NCBI RefSeq assembly: GCF_006345805.1 | Contig: NC_043006.1 | Span: 3,348,001-3,412,000 of the forward strand | Length of the DNA stretch: 64,000 nt | Source: Octopus sinensis | Lineage: Eukaryota | Direction: 5' to 3' | Shown here: positions 12,881 through 27,092 of the stretch, piece after piece | Numbering within the stretch: the first letter of the stretch is position 1 | Layout of the letters: the number at the start of each line of letters is the position of its first letter | Notes under the pieces: model-generated | Database searches by the model: none | What the model was told of the DNA's origin: nothing | Seen by the model: the letters and a program-made list of their open reading frames with translations, nothing else | Program-made: the position numbers and the translations under genes

Positions 12881-14162
12881 GATATATATATATATATAAG
12901 TATGCATGCATGTATTATGTATGTATATAAACAAAGTGTTGTAGAACGTGTAGCAAGCGTGGTGTAGATATCCACGAAGTAGTGCTCAGATAGATAAGAA
13001 CTTAAAACACAACTCTCTCATCCATGGTAAATGCTTCCAACGTAGAAAATTAGGTGTAAGAATCACCCACATTGAGTTGGTATGGAAGGGAAAAGGCAGT
13101 TAAAAACACAAGCAGGCACAATGCGTATATTTATATGCTTTGCAAAATACAGTGTATGGAATTAAATAAATATGTAGAAGAAATGAATTATATATTAGCT
13201 GTTTGAGAACAACATGGCGTATTCTGTAACCACGTTTATACGTAATAAAAATCCATGTTGATGTATGTAGAACATATAAGTTCCAGTGGATCTGTTAAAC
13301 GAAGCGAGGCCACTCTCATCGGAAAAACATGACAAAATATTATAACCTGGTTACGGCATAAGCTACGGTGCTTTGTAATTATATGGTTTAACAATCGATC
13401 TCAGTGCACTGAGCTATAAGCAGATGCTTTCTTAGAGAAATTTGATTAGCGGAAACCGTGCAGAAGTTCATCAGAGTAAGTGTTCCAGTCCTTTGGGGGC
13501 TATTCACGATTTGTCACCTAGTTTCACTCCACCACCTGATATTTTACTGACCCTTTACTCATCTTTGCACAATTCATTCTGTTGAAAGCATTCTGTCTGC
13601 GTCTTCTGTGTGAGGCTAATCTCTTCACAAGAGAAGCTTTCTCATACCTTGATGTTGTGAATTTCTACGTGTATATCAATGTTAAGTTCGATACACAGAA
13701 TTCTATCCTTAACTAATACTGCTTCTAACACCAATAATGAATTAGCTCTAGTATTTTGAGCAAATTTCAGAAGAGGACGACTAGTTCTGTTTTAAGTGTT
13801 ATATATACAAAAAATATTTTCCTTGTTTTGTTGTTTTTCAATGTTCTATATTTTAAGAAATTTGATAAGTGTTAATCGGGTATAAGATGCAACGCAAAAT
13901 TTCATATGCTGGACAAGTACTATATATTGCGCAAAAACCAAAACGGAAGTGTAATATAAATACCCCCACATGCAATATATTAAACTAGCTACGCAACAAT
14001 AAACATTTGTACATATGCACATACACACACAACACACACACAAACATATAGGTATATATGCACAAATACGTATTGATTTATATATACATATAAAATATCC
14101 ATATATGCATATGTATATATGCGATTATATGTATTCGTATAGATATGTGCGTGTTTGTATTG

Positions 14163-14193
<31 letters not shown>

Positions 14194-14297
14194 ATACTTA
14201 TTCTATTATGATATTGGAAGCGGGTACTGATATATTTTAGGATTATTTCCAGAAAAATGAAAACTGAGAAGGCTAATATGATTTGACGCAGCCTAGT

Positions 14298-14380
<83 letters not shown>

Positions 14381-14430
14381 GTGTGTGTGTGTGTGTGTGT
14401 ATTTATGTAAGCATAAACTATATATATAGA

Positions 14431-14693
14431 TACAAAATTAAGAGGAATGACCACCAAAGTGGGCTCCTAATATGCTAGATATAGACGTCAAATCACCTAA
14501 CCATGAAGAGTGTGTTCGCAAGGAAAAATTTCAACAAAACACCAGAATGTAAAAATTTGTTTTGCTCATTTTTGCATTCTGGCGTTTGCTGATTTTTTTT
14601 TCTTGTGATCACACTCTTCGTGGTTAGGCGATTTGACGTCTATATCTAGCACATTAGGAGTCCACTTTGGTGGTCATTTCTCTTAATTTTGTA
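14431..14693. repeat. Fold-back inverted repeat (~126-nt arms, 11-nt loop), probably PLE pseudo-LTR derived
   Basis: 14431-14556 is the near reverse complement of 14568-14693; mismatches are mostly transitions. Confidence 0.9.
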
Positions 14694-15185
14694 AGTAATG
14701 TAATTTTTAATCTTCGGATTTTTAAAATATTCTTAACCACTGGTTATAATGGGTTAATATCAATTTCTACCCTCATTATTTAATTTTTATATAGCTTGCC
14801 AGATAGATAGATAAATACAGACGTACGTGCATACATACATACATACATACATACATACATACATACAAACATACATACATATAGATATACATATATACAT
14901 ACATATGCATATATCCATATATATATATATGTGTGTGTGTGTGCGTGTATGTGTGTGTGTGTGTGCGTGTATGCGTGTATGTATATTAATTCCCTGTAAT
15001 ATTGTGCTCTAAGGTATTTCCTGAAGATCTGGTGTCATTCGTCATTTAACTGCAGTTGGAACATCGAATACAGAGTTCCAACAAATCAGATTGAAACAAA
15101 TGATAAAGTTTTGCTTTTTATCGGAACTTCTCAATTTGCACTGGATATCATAACTAGTAATACTACAAAGTATAGTGGTTGCTTT

Positions 15186-15224
<39 letters not shown>

Positions 15225-15511
15225 TGCTGCACGGAATTTTGTCAGTGAAAAGGTCGCGGTTTCAAAGCGACGAAAATATTTTGGCAAATTAAATTTAAAT
15301 GTTGAAGTGAATCTAATGGATTTTGTGTGTTTCTTAAATGGCTTATAAACACCTTCCACGCTGCAATTGTTTTCGTCCCAGCACACGATCTCAGATCAGG
15401 TCACTTACTATGCAAGTACATCTCCGTAATATATATATATATATATATATGTATTTATACATATGAGAGAATAAGGTGTACGTACGCCGCAATAATATAT
15501 ATATAAAAATA

Positions 15512-16130
<619 letters not shown>

Positions 16131-16489
16131 ATATATATATATATGTGGGAAAATGTGTTGTTGAAAATCCACTTAAATTTCAAAAGCTCGTAAATATTTA
16201 AAATACATTTATCTACATATATACCAAACTAGTTTCAACAATATTTTTTTGTTTATCAATGGTAAAAGTGTAAAATTAGAAAAACATCGATATAAGTTTC
16301 AATGTTGACAAATCAAAATGTTTCAATCTTGACAAACTAAAATGTTTCAATGTTGATAAATTATCATGTTCAAAACAGAAGGTGTAAGTTTGAAATGAAA
16401 ACTGTATATTGATTTGTTAGAATGTACAATGTTCATTAATTTCAGTGGTGGTCGACAAGTTATACTGAAAAAAAAAATAAAGCAAGTGT

Positions 16490-16848
16490 GGGAATTGGAA
16501 GCATTCCGTCGGTTACGACGATGAGGGTTCCGGTTGATCCGAATCAACGGAACAGCCTGCTCGTGAAATTAACGTGTAAGTGGCTGAGCACTCCACAGAC
16601 ACGTGTACCCTTAACGTAGTTCTCGGGGATATTCAGCGTGACACAGAGAGTGACAAGGCCGGCCCTTTGAAATACAGGTACAACAGAAACAGGAAGTAAG
16701 AGTGAGAGAAAGTTGTGGTGAAAGAGTACAGCAGGGATCACCACCATCCCCTGCTGGAGCCTCGTGGAGCTTTTAGGTGTTTTCGCTCAATAAACACTCA
16801 CAACGCCCGGTCTGGGAATCGAAACCGCTGGGCCATTGCGCCTCCACC
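16490..16848 (-). mobile_element. tRNA-derived SINE with a deletion inside the tRNA head
   Basis: Minus: gtggaggcgcaatggcccag-[deletion]-cggtttcgattcccagaccgggcg (A/B box remnants), followed by a long conserved-looking body. Confidence 0.7.
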
Positions 16849-17399
16849 AAGTGTGAGAATTAAAATAGTAAAATAGGGGGAAATTACGGTTTCTCAGATC
16901 TTTAAACAGTCGCTTCCGCTTGCAATGGTATGTTTTAGGGAAAGAAGTATTTATAATTTTTTTTTCAGTGAGCGGATCTGATCTTGATTCGTTAAAAAAT
17001 TGATGACGTTTTACTTCCCTGGTCAAGCTTGTCGTTCTGCTTGGTTGGTTTCCTTGCAGGATACGGTTATAGGTTGTTCCGGTTGGTTTGTTCTCTTGAA
17101 GGGTCTTTTCGTTGTATTCGTTGAAATTCGGTTTTAATTGGTTTGGAATTATGTGACGTCAGCAACTGGTGTTTGTGGAATTTCATTGGGCTGGAGGTGG
17201 GTGACGTCAGCATCTTGTGTTTGTGTGGTGATTTGGAGCTGCGGTTTCGAAACCCGGGTGGAATATTTTTACTAAAATTTTATTGTTTCTTTTGTGTTGA
17301 AGTTGGGTGTTTTTCTCTTCTTTATACTGCTTTTCCTTCTTTCTAAAGGATATTTAGCTGTGGTTTATATTTTTTAATCAGTATGTTTTCCTTATTTAA

Positions 17400-17600
17400 A
17401 CGGAATTGGGTTGAAGTGTTTCCAGTGCATTGATAGAGAGGGGCCTTAACAATCCAATCATAGATTTTTGTTAAACTTCAATAAGCCTAATAACAAACTT
17501 GATGTTACTTTAACAAGTTTGCAAAGTTTCACGAAAATTTGTTTACAGGTGTAGTCGACAACTTGACACGAACAGACATCCAAACAGACAACTCGCGTTT
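17400..17600 (-). mobile_element. Non-autonomous Helitron/DINE-like remnant
   Basis: Minus start ataaacgcgagttgtctgtttggatgtctg resembles the 5' end of 20101-20477; aagtttcacgaaaat motif; abuts (TATG)n. Confidence 0.45.
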
Positions 17601-17754
17601 ATGTATGTATGTATGTATGTATGTATGTATGTATGTATGTATGTATGTATGTATGTATGTATGTATTTATGTATGTATGTATGTATGTATGCATGTATAT
17701 ATATAAATATATATATACATGTATATGTATATATATGTATAATATGTAATATAT

Positions 17755-17802
<48 letters not shown>

Positions 17803-17852
17803 TAAATATGAGAGCGTATCATCAAAAAAACACCAATAGTAGCAAGCGAATA

Positions 17853-17882
<30 letters not shown>

Positions 17883-17891
<9 letters not shown>

Positions 17892-18316
17892 TATTAGAGA
17901 CAAAACCACTATTTTGCAAAACAAACAAGGAAAGACTTAATCAATACATAAAATTTTAATAAATAGTAAAAAAAACCGCCACTACAATTGTTTCTTATAT
18001 TTTATATTTAATTGTTGATAGGTTTATTTTAGTTTATATATTGTTTATATATTGATTATATATGGATTATATATAGGTTATATATGGATTATATATTTAT
18101 ATTTTTTCATTCATACTTTAATTATTTTAAAATTATTATTTTTATATTTTAAAATATTGATATTTTAGATTGGAAGTCCACCTGAAGATTGTCGATCAAG
18201 ACAAGAAACAATTGTAGTGGCGGTTTTTTTGACTATTTATTAAAATTTTATGTATTGATTAAGTCTTTCCTTGTTTGTTTTGCAAAATAGTGGTTTTGTC
18301 TCTAATAATATTTTAT
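17883..18316. repeat. Inverted 114-nt repeat (17883-17996 vs 18203-18316) of a PLE pseudo-LTR
   Basis: Near-exact reverse complement; the right arm begins inside a hammerhead motif. Confidence 0.9.
18178..18220 (+). ncRNA. Intact minimal type-I hammerhead ribozyme
   Basis: CCAC-CTGAAGA-TTGTC(gatcaa)GACAA-GAAA-CAATTG-T-A-GTGG: stem I CCAC/GTGG, 5-bp stem II, palindromic stem III ACAATTGT, GUA cleavage site. Confidence 0.85.
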
Positions 18317-18416
18317 AATATTTTATAATATTTTACTATAAAATTGGATTTAATCCTAAATCTGATTTTTTCCCTGTAAATTTGGATTTATTCCCTAATA
18401 TTTATTATTATATATA

Positions 18417-18452
<36 letters not shown>

Positions 18453-18595
18453 TGTATGTATGTATGTATGTATGTATTTATGAATGTATGTATTTATGTA
18501 TATAAATTGCGTCAAAACTTGTCTGGAAGTGTTAAGAATAAACATACAAATACTCGTTATACACTCACACACAGACACAGACACACATTGCATAT

Positions 18596-18639
<44 letters not shown>

Positions 18640-18689
18640 ATATATATATACATATACGGATGTATGTATACATATATATTATTTGTTAC

Positions 18690-18890
18690 GGTTATTAAAC
18701 TGCGGCCATGCTCGAGCGCTGCCTTGACGAACTTTAGTAGAAGGAATCAAGACCAGTTCTTACTATTTAACGCCTGGTATTCATTCTATCGATCTCTTTG
18801 CATAACAGCTAAGTTCCTGGCACGTAAACACATCGACACCATTAGTCAGGTGGTAGGGGTGGCCGACAAGCACAGACACAAAGATATACA
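18690..18890 (-). mobile_element. SINE family B, 3' half
   Basis: cggccatgctcgagcgctgccttga...cacagacacaaag is the reverse of the family 3' region. Confidence 0.7.
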
Positions 18891-18944
18891 CACACAAAAA
18901 CACACACACACATAACACACACACACACACATACACACACATAT

Positions 18945-19305
18945 GACACTGGAGTGGCTGTTTGGTAAGAAACTTAATTCGCAACCACACGGTTCCGGGT
19001 TCAATCCTACTGCGTGGTACTTTGGGCAAGCGTATTCTACTATAGACTCAGGCCGACCAAAGCCGTGTGAGTAGATTTTGTAGACGGAAACTGAAAGAGG
19101 CCCGTCGGATACATAGACACATACGTACATACACACATACATACATATATGCATATATGCATGTATGTGTGTATTTGTGTGTCTGTGTTTGTCCCCCCAC
19201 CAAATTCCCTGCAGCAATACATTGTGGAGAGGATTTGTTCGACTAAAGGCGGCGCTCCGTCACGGCTGCAATCAAATGACTGAAACAAGTAAAAGAATAA
19301 AAGAA
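18945..19305 (+). mobile_element. SINE family B, near full length, with internal microsatellite
   Basis: ggttccgggttcaatcctactgcgtggtactttgggcaag...gacggaaactgaaag...tgactgaaacaagtaaaagaataaaag. Confidence 0.8.
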
Positions 19306-19949
19306 TATATATGTATACACACACACACACACACATACATACCTACATACATATCTACATATATATCAACATATGTAACTACATATACACTCACACAAAT
19401 ATATAAATACATAAATGAATATATATGTGTGTCTGTGCGTGAGTGTGAGTGTGAGTGTGTGTGTGTGTGGGGGGTGTTAGTGTGTCTGTGTGTGTGTATG
19501 TATGTATGTATGTATGTATATATATATATATATGAATAAATAAATAAATGGAGTTGAACAAAGATGTTAACAAACTTCCTTTTTAATCACTTATTATCGT
19601 TTTGTTTACCATGTAGGCACTCATCGCAATTATTGTTTTGTCTTGTTGTTGAGAGAGGCTCCCTTTCTTTCCTGATGAGAAGATTGTATCTTGCACCGTT
19701 TATTCCTTTGGAATAAAACCATGTTGTCTTCGAAACATATGTCGAGGGTAAAGGAATTTTGTTAACATCTTCGTTCAACTCCATTCATTTATTTATTCAT
19801 ATATAACACACAAATTTCTGCACATGAACCCGGAGTTTCTAACCTTGGACAGGTCGCTTCAACCGTGTTTCTGACGGTAATTTGCTACCCTGTTATCGGT
19901 TCATCGAATTTTTCATCTTGACGGTAAACATAGGATAATTCATTCGCCT

Positions 19950-19989
<40 letters not shown>

Positions 19990-20050
19990 TATATATATAA
20001 ATATATATATTATATATATATATATTATATATATATATATATTATATATA

Positions 20051-20100
<50 letters not shown>

Positions 20101-20101
<1 letters not shown>

Positions 20102-20475
20102 ATATAAACGGCAGTTTGTCTGTGCGTATTTCTGTGTGTCTGTTTGCTTGTACCCTCACCCTGACCACGGCTTTCAACCGATTCTGATGAAACTTGACAC
20201 ACACATAGCCCAATGTCATAATTCAAAACTAACGCAGCGAAAATTTTGAAAAGTTCCCCCAGTTCTGAAAAAAATCGATAAATTCGACATGGGGTCGAGA
20301 ATCAGAAATACGAACCACAAACTGTCTAGGGGACGCAACTTTATCCTTTTTTAACTCTCAAAAAAATTTGCCATCATTTTTTTCCATTTTTTTGCTATTT
20401 TTTGGCTATAACTCTCTGAAAATGCTTTATAGTTATTTCCCTTACAAACCTGAGCAACGCCGGGCGATACTGCTA

Positions 20476-20477
<2 letters not shown>
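20101..20477 (+). mobile_element. Non-autonomous Helitron-like element in (TA)n
   Basis: 3' end CCTGAGCAACGCCGGG hairpin, then 8 nt, then CTAG|T (20473-20477); the 5' end emerges from a TA array. Confidence 0.7.
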
Positions 20478-20560
<83 letters not shown>

Positions 20561-20595
20561 AATATATATTATATATATATATATTATATATATAT

Positions 20596-20672
<77 letters not shown>

Positions 20673-21099
20673 GTATGTATAACTATATACGTTTATTTTC
20701 TGCACTCTGGCCCAGTGTCAGCATCACCAGGGCAGTACTGACAATGGCAAAGATGTTTGTTTAAAGAAATTACCAAATTATCCTCCAACATGAGTGATTA
20801 CAGCAATGGGGACGATGTTGAATTAATTATCAGGATGAAGCAAATTGTAAAATAACAATGGCAGTCTTTTCACCCCTATTGCTACCATTACTATCATCTA
20901 GACACCGACGATCTCATACATACACATACACTCATACACCTCCCATACATACACACACACATGTACTCACACGCATAGCCCCTCTCTGTCTCTGTCTCTC
21001 ATTCTGTCTTCCTCTCTTTCTCTCATGAAGCCAGATATGCAACAATAAATACGCACGCACACACACACGTATGCATTTATATACATATATATATATAAT

Positions 21100-21130
<31 letters not shown>

Positions 21131-21355
21131 TATAATATAAAATGTATGAATATATATCCTTTTGGCTATGGCTAAATGTGTGCGTGTGTGTGTATATGTG
21201 TGTGTATGTGCATAAATATAACGATATATATATATATATATGTATAAATGACAAAAAAATATGCCCGCGTGTATGTGTTTATGAACGGATTTTTCGTACA
21301 TGTGAATCAGCGCGTCTAGCTTGTGTGTATGTGTGTGTGCATGTGTATGTGATTG

Positions 21356-21411
<56 letters not shown>

Positions 21412-22061
21412 CATCCGCATTTCTTTAATAACATCATTAAACAATACTGCCATCGAAGAGCCAGCAATTGTTCAGTCTGCTAGACAGTGCAGTGTAATCC
21501 TTCTCCAAACCATACTATACAGCATGAAAAACAAAAGGGAGAATATAGTTCTAGATAGCCATTAAAAGGTGGGATAGTCACGGCTGAACTGTTTCTGATT
21601 GTAGTTTCAGATCGCTGCATGTTGGCTTGGGCCTTTTAACTATGATACTAGCAACGATTTCTAATTCTACTATTACAATCAACACTAACAGAACATTAAT
21701 CACCGGTGTTAATAAATTATTACTAAAACCTGTGTTCGCCCTGTCGCTTTGTTCAAACTATTGCCTTTGCTGTTTATGATTATGAATGTTGATAATTAAA
21801 GATAAATATTGGGGAAAGGATAGACAAATATTAATATACAAGCATGTAATATATATTTATTATAATTAGTTTTCTGCATCTTATAAATGTCCAGAAGAAA
21901 GTTTTTAACGCTGTGAAAATGCAGAGTAAACAATGTTGGCGAGGTTTTTAGACATTGACAATATATCTACTGTCCCCTGGGTAGATTTCGACCGAGCAAC
22001 AAAGTATTATCCATGCAATGGTCAACTGGAAAATTACCTGGAAAATCAACTGGAAAATCAA

Positions 22062-23720
22062 CAATTTTCAAACAAGATGATGGCCGTGAACCCCCTCCAT
22101 TTGATAGATCGGTACCTCCAATGCCTAGATTGGTCATCACTCGGGACGAAGTCGAACGCGTTATTCAAGGCTTCGATGTTAACAAGGGTCACGGCCCTGA
22201 CGGCATACATCCACAGGTTATCAAAGCGTTGGCTCCGGTCATCTGCGGACCTTTAACACTTCTATTCAATATGTCATTGGCGACGGGTGTTATACCTGCG
22301 GACTGGAGAACAGCGATAATCTGCCCAATTTTCAAGAAAGGGAGCCGCGAAGACCCGCTAAACTACCGACCGGTTTCCCTTACTTCAATAATCAGCAAGA
22401 TGTTCGAAACCATCCTCAAGAAAAGTATGTTGCTCCACCTCCAAAACACAGCCTCTATCTCTGATTCCCAACACGGCTTCGTGCCGGAGAGATCATGCTT
22501 AACCAACTTACTGGTAATGGAAGAATTGATGACGCGTATCCTGGATGATGGTGATGCTGTTGACATCGTTTTATTGCACTTTGCCAAAGCCTTTGACACG
22601 GTTAACCACCAACTATTACTTGTCAAGCTTCAAGCATATCGTTTCCATCCGGATATTATACGATGGGTTGGTGCTTTCATCTCAGATCGCTCCTTCCAAG
22701 TCCAAGTTAATGGTTCGCCGTCTCCAGTGCGAGCAGTGGCGTACGTCAAGGTTCAGTGCTTGAGCCGTTATTGTTTTTAGTCTTCATAAATGACTTGCCC
22801 GACGACCTCACGCAACACACCCTTCTATTTGCCGACGATGTCAAACTGGTCGCTCCTCGCGGTGATATAGATGATCTTCGTCGATGCCTCCACCAAGTTT
22901 GGAGATGGTCAGACGAATGGGACCTGTGTCTGAACGTGTCAAGGTGCTGTCATCTGCCTGTTGGCTCTTCTCCTGAAACTCAACTTGATTTCGAGCCGGG
23001 TCGTCTGCTGGTGGAGAGAACCGACCTGTTAAAGGACCTGGGTATCTTGGTGGATTCTTCCTTTTCGCCTTCGGCCCAGTGCGTCCATGCTGCCAACAAA
23101 GCACGCGGAGTTCTGTTTTTGATTCGACGGTCATTCGGAATGCTCACAGCAGCCATATTCCTACCGCTCTATGTCACGCTGGTGAGACCCATATTGGAGT
23201 ACGGGATTCAAGCCTCTTCTCCTTATCTCCTCAAAGACATACATCATCTCGAAAGAGTCTAGAAGCTGGATACCCGCATGGTTCTTGGTCTCAAGCATTT
23301 GTCTTATGAAGAAAGGCTGAAGACGCTCGACCTTTATTCTCTAGAAAAACGACGACGCCGTGGTGATCTCATTCTTGCTCACATCATAAACGGAAAGTGT
23401 AACCTCTCGAAAGAGCTGTTCTTCACTCCTGCTCCAGAGCGTCGGCTGCGGGGTCACTCTGAAAAGCTCTATCTGCGACGATTTCATCTCAATCGCAGGA
23501 GAGGAGCTTTCTCCGTCCGGGTTGCGGATCCGTGGAATAAGCTCCCGGACGAGATAGTGAAGATGCCGACGACCGCTCGGTTCAAAGTCTCTCTTGACCA
23601 GAAATGGCCTGAACTCTTTGCATGAACACCCTCCCTGTACATAACTCCATGTCCCCCTACATGGCCTTGCTTTTTGCTTTTTGAGTCAAAAAATTAACTT
23701 AACTTAACTTAACTTAACTT
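22062..23720 (+). mobile_element. 5'-truncated CR1-type LINE (RT and C-terminal region), one frameshift and one premature stop
   Basis: ORFs 22013-22780, 22756-23262, 23278-23625 carry GPDGIHP, PIFKKGSREDPLNYRPVSLTS, QHGF, FAKAFD, LFADDVKL, RRRGDLI, RVADPWNKLP. 3'UTR stem-loop CCATGT/ACATGG 23647-23664; (TTAAC)5 tail 23694-23718. Confidence 0.92.
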
Positions 23721-25589
23721 ACCCGTATCCAACTAATACTGAATTGTATTGAGTGTCCTTGTGAAAGCCACTCGAAATGAAAACTATAATCGCATAAATG
23801 TGAATAACAGATCGATATGAGAAGATCTAAGTGTTATTTTTGACACAAAGGCATCGTAGTATTCCATAATATTTTTCATCTTCTGTAAAAATGGGATCTT
23901 GCAAGAGTTTTGGAGATTATAGAGTTCTTCTTAGTGACCATAACTCACATTTCAGTTGTGGCTCGGGGTGGCTATATCTGCCAAGATTCCAGTTATTGAT
24001 CGAATTACAGAAAAATGGTCCTATGGCTAAGGAAGGCTGGCCCCTAGACATGTCACACAGGCTTACTTGTGGTTAGATATGTCTTGCTGTCCCATGAACT
24101 AGACCTCTTGTTTAAGGGTTGAAGAGGTCCTATGCGTCGAATGTGAGCACGGAAGGCAGGAAACAAGCTGAGTAAATTGTAGGTAAACATATAGAAGTCA
24201 AAGGTAAAAACACTGCTGTATTTTTTACGAGAAAAATCATAAATCTCTAGACTTTGGCATGGAGGACAATGAATGCCGATGCCTGGGGAGAGAGAGAATG
24301 TGTGTGTGTGTGTGTGTGTGGTCATCTATTGAGCATTGCTTTTGTAAAACGTACTCTTATGTGTGTACTTTGTAATTTATTGTGCTTTGTGGTAGAAACG
24401 CAGAAGTCAGAATAGTATCGTCCATATGAAAATAGTGTATTATTTGTACGTTAGTGCTAGTAAACTTTTGTAGTATCTATAAGAGCTTTAAAGTTCATTA
24501 AGCCTGATTGTTCGTCAATTTGCTTCCTTTATAGTGTCCCTGCAATATTTTTTTGTTGTATTTTTTGTAAGGAGGAAAGGTGGTACCAATGATTCATGAT
24601 TAAGCATCATATTTTCAATCTGAAGAACCATGCCCAAATGCTTGTAATAGTGTAGAGGCTGCTAAATGTATCCAAGGTGCCAAACGGTGCCGTTGAACCA
24701 GGTAGCGAATTAAATCTACAACTTAAGTAAGCAATAGTGTGATTTGAACTCAGAACGCAAAGAGACGAAAGAAGAACAGCAAGCCAACCGCAACACTTTG
24801 GTTGCATTCCCACAACCTACTAATGCTCTGATTAGTACTTTAATATCGATCCCGAAAGGATGAAAGGCAAAGTTGGTCTCAGCGGAATTTAATCTCTGTG
24901 CAGAAGGTGTCAGAACAAGCACAACAAGCAATTCTTCGATGCACAAACGCCTCACCATTCCGATTCACTGCATGTGGTGTAAAATGTCGTAGAGGTGTTC
25001 TATGTAACAATTCGTATCATACTTTATATATGTTTGGTAAGTTTATCTTGTTGAATGTCGGATTTGGTTGTCTTAGATGTTCTTTGATGTTGCTGGCATG
25101 AGGTGAAATGCTACATTTGTTAAGTGCAACTTTTAAGTCTGTCGTTTTGGAATCAGGTTTCTACCTGATCAATGGTTGCTTAAGATTAGCTGTACCTGCT
25201 ACTGTGTAGGGGATACAATGACAGCAGGGTGAGTACGACATCAGTATGAGGTTGCGCGTACGTTTTTGCTCCATTTTTTTTCTATTAACAGAGGTGTGAG
25301 AATGTTGTGTAGATATGAATTAAGTAAGATGTGAGAAAATAGATATTTATTGCTATAACAATTTGCTAATAGTAGATTTCAAATTTATTATTACAATCTA
25401 AATAATCTTGGTGACCTGAGAGATAAATATTTAAAGAGGTGTTGCAGAAATTGTCAATTAACTGAAGATTTGAAAAATACAAAATTGTTTCTTCACCAAG
25501 ACGTGTTCTCTGTCTTGTTAAAAGCGGGCAAAAGACTGATTTTTAACGCTTTAATTACCTGATGTTTCTCTTAATTTACATAATATATG

Positions 25590-26120
25590 AAGTTTTATTA
25601 TTGTTGTTGGTTTTCTCCTCTTTCCATTTTTCATCTTTCTGTTCCTTCTCTTTCTCCTTCTTCCTTTTCTTCTTTTCATTCTTCATTTCCTTCAACCTCT
25701 TCATTTTTATCTTTTTCTTCATCTACTTTATCATCTTTTTTCCCTCCCCTTTCTTTCTTTCTTTCTCCTTCTCGTTCCCATACCTCCCTTTCTTCTATTA
25801 TACCTTTTCACCCTCCTCCTCATCTTATTTTCCTTTTCCTTCTTCCTTTCTCCTCCTCTCTCCCTACCTCATCCTCCTCCTTCTTCTTTTTCTTCTCCTC
25901 CATCTTAATTTTTATCCTTGTATTTTCCTACTATTTCTGTCTTCGTCTTCTTTCTCTATTTCACTCCCCTTCTTTCTCTGTCTCTCTCCTCTTCTTTCTC
26001 TATCTCTCTCCCCTCTTCTTCATCTACCTTCCTTCTCTTCCTCCCCCTCCCCCTCATCTTCCTTCTTTCTCTTCTACTCCTCCATCTCCATCTCCTTCTC
26101 CTATTCATCTTCTTCTTCTG
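25590..26120. repeat. Pyrimidine-rich low-complexity tract
   Basis: Direct reading. Confidence 0.9.
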
Positions 26121-26764
26121 GAGTCATCACATTTTCTCACTACCAAGTTAGACGGGTATTGAGCTGATTTAAGTGAATGCAGGGGAGAGAATCCTTTTCT
26201 CATGTTAGACTAGCGCGTGATCTAATGATGACAAGATAAAGATGAGTTTTTTTTTTATATTGTTTTATGATCTGTCAAAGTAAGACAGGTTTGTCTCTGT
26301 GTGATTCTGTTTCATTTTGCGCTTCGGCTTTGTTTTAGATTTCTTTGGATATTAACCAGATAAAAATCCCAGAGATTTGCTCGTGTGCGCAGCATCAGCA
26401 GTTGTAATATGTTAGTCATTGCTGTGATTCATTATGATCTTAAGATGCTTCAACTTGGATTTCAGACTTGATTTTAGTACGGTGAGAATTTCACTGGACA
26501 ACGATGACAAAGATAGTGATGACCATGATGAATGTAATGATAATGCAGATTATTACGATACGGATGGTATTGCTGCTACCACCTACGGTTGAAGCTAGGG
26601 GTTGTTGGTGCTGGCGGCAGCGGTGATGCTGAGGAAGATGATGGCGATGAGTAGAAACGACAGCAATGATAATGATGACGATAATAACGATGTTGGTGAC
26701 GATGATGATGAGGTTGATAACGATGAGGACAAAGACGACGAAGAGAAGGCGACGACGATAGATT

Positions 26765-27092
26765 GATAAATGAAGGGTACATACCCACTTCGGCCAAGGT
26801 ATTGCACTTGGGAAGTTCCTTTCCGAGGCACAAGTCCGGGCAAGGTTGTTTGTGGAAGATCAGCTGGTCACCCATGCATACCAACCTTCCCTCTCCACAC
26901 CAATGATGTTGTCCAAGGGTAAGGCCAAGGCCGATACAGCTTGGCACCATTGAAGTTGCAACTCATTTCTACAGCTGAGTAAAACAAAGTGTTTTGCTCT
27001 GAAACACAATACACGGCCCGGTCCGAAAATCGAACTCACAATCTCGCGATTGTAAGCCCGACGCTCTGACCATTGAGCCATACGCCCTCACA
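26765..27092 (-). mobile_element. tRNA-derived SINE family C
   Basis: Head TGGCTCAATGG (A box) ... GAGTTCGATTT (B box); body gcaactcatttctacagctgag shared with 52165-52510. Confidence 0.85.

Noticed and set aside
16296-16362. 24-bp unit repeated three times
   Set aside because: Short AT-rich minisatellite with no spacers or other context.
23694-23720. Interstitial telomeric repeat
   Set aside because: (TTAAC)n is the LINE 3' tail directly after the CR1 3'UTR stem-loop, not TTAGGG.
23949-24129. Two phase-1 minus-strand mini-exons (PLQPLNKRSSSWDSKTYLTT; IGPFFCNSINNWNLGRYSHPEPQLK)
   Set aside because: They would need a 40-nt intron (24066-24027), implausibly short; no other support.
27010-27092. 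tRNA genes here and at 52430-52510 and 32592-32660
   Set aside because: A/B boxes are present but there is no closed acceptor stem, and each runs into a SINE body.
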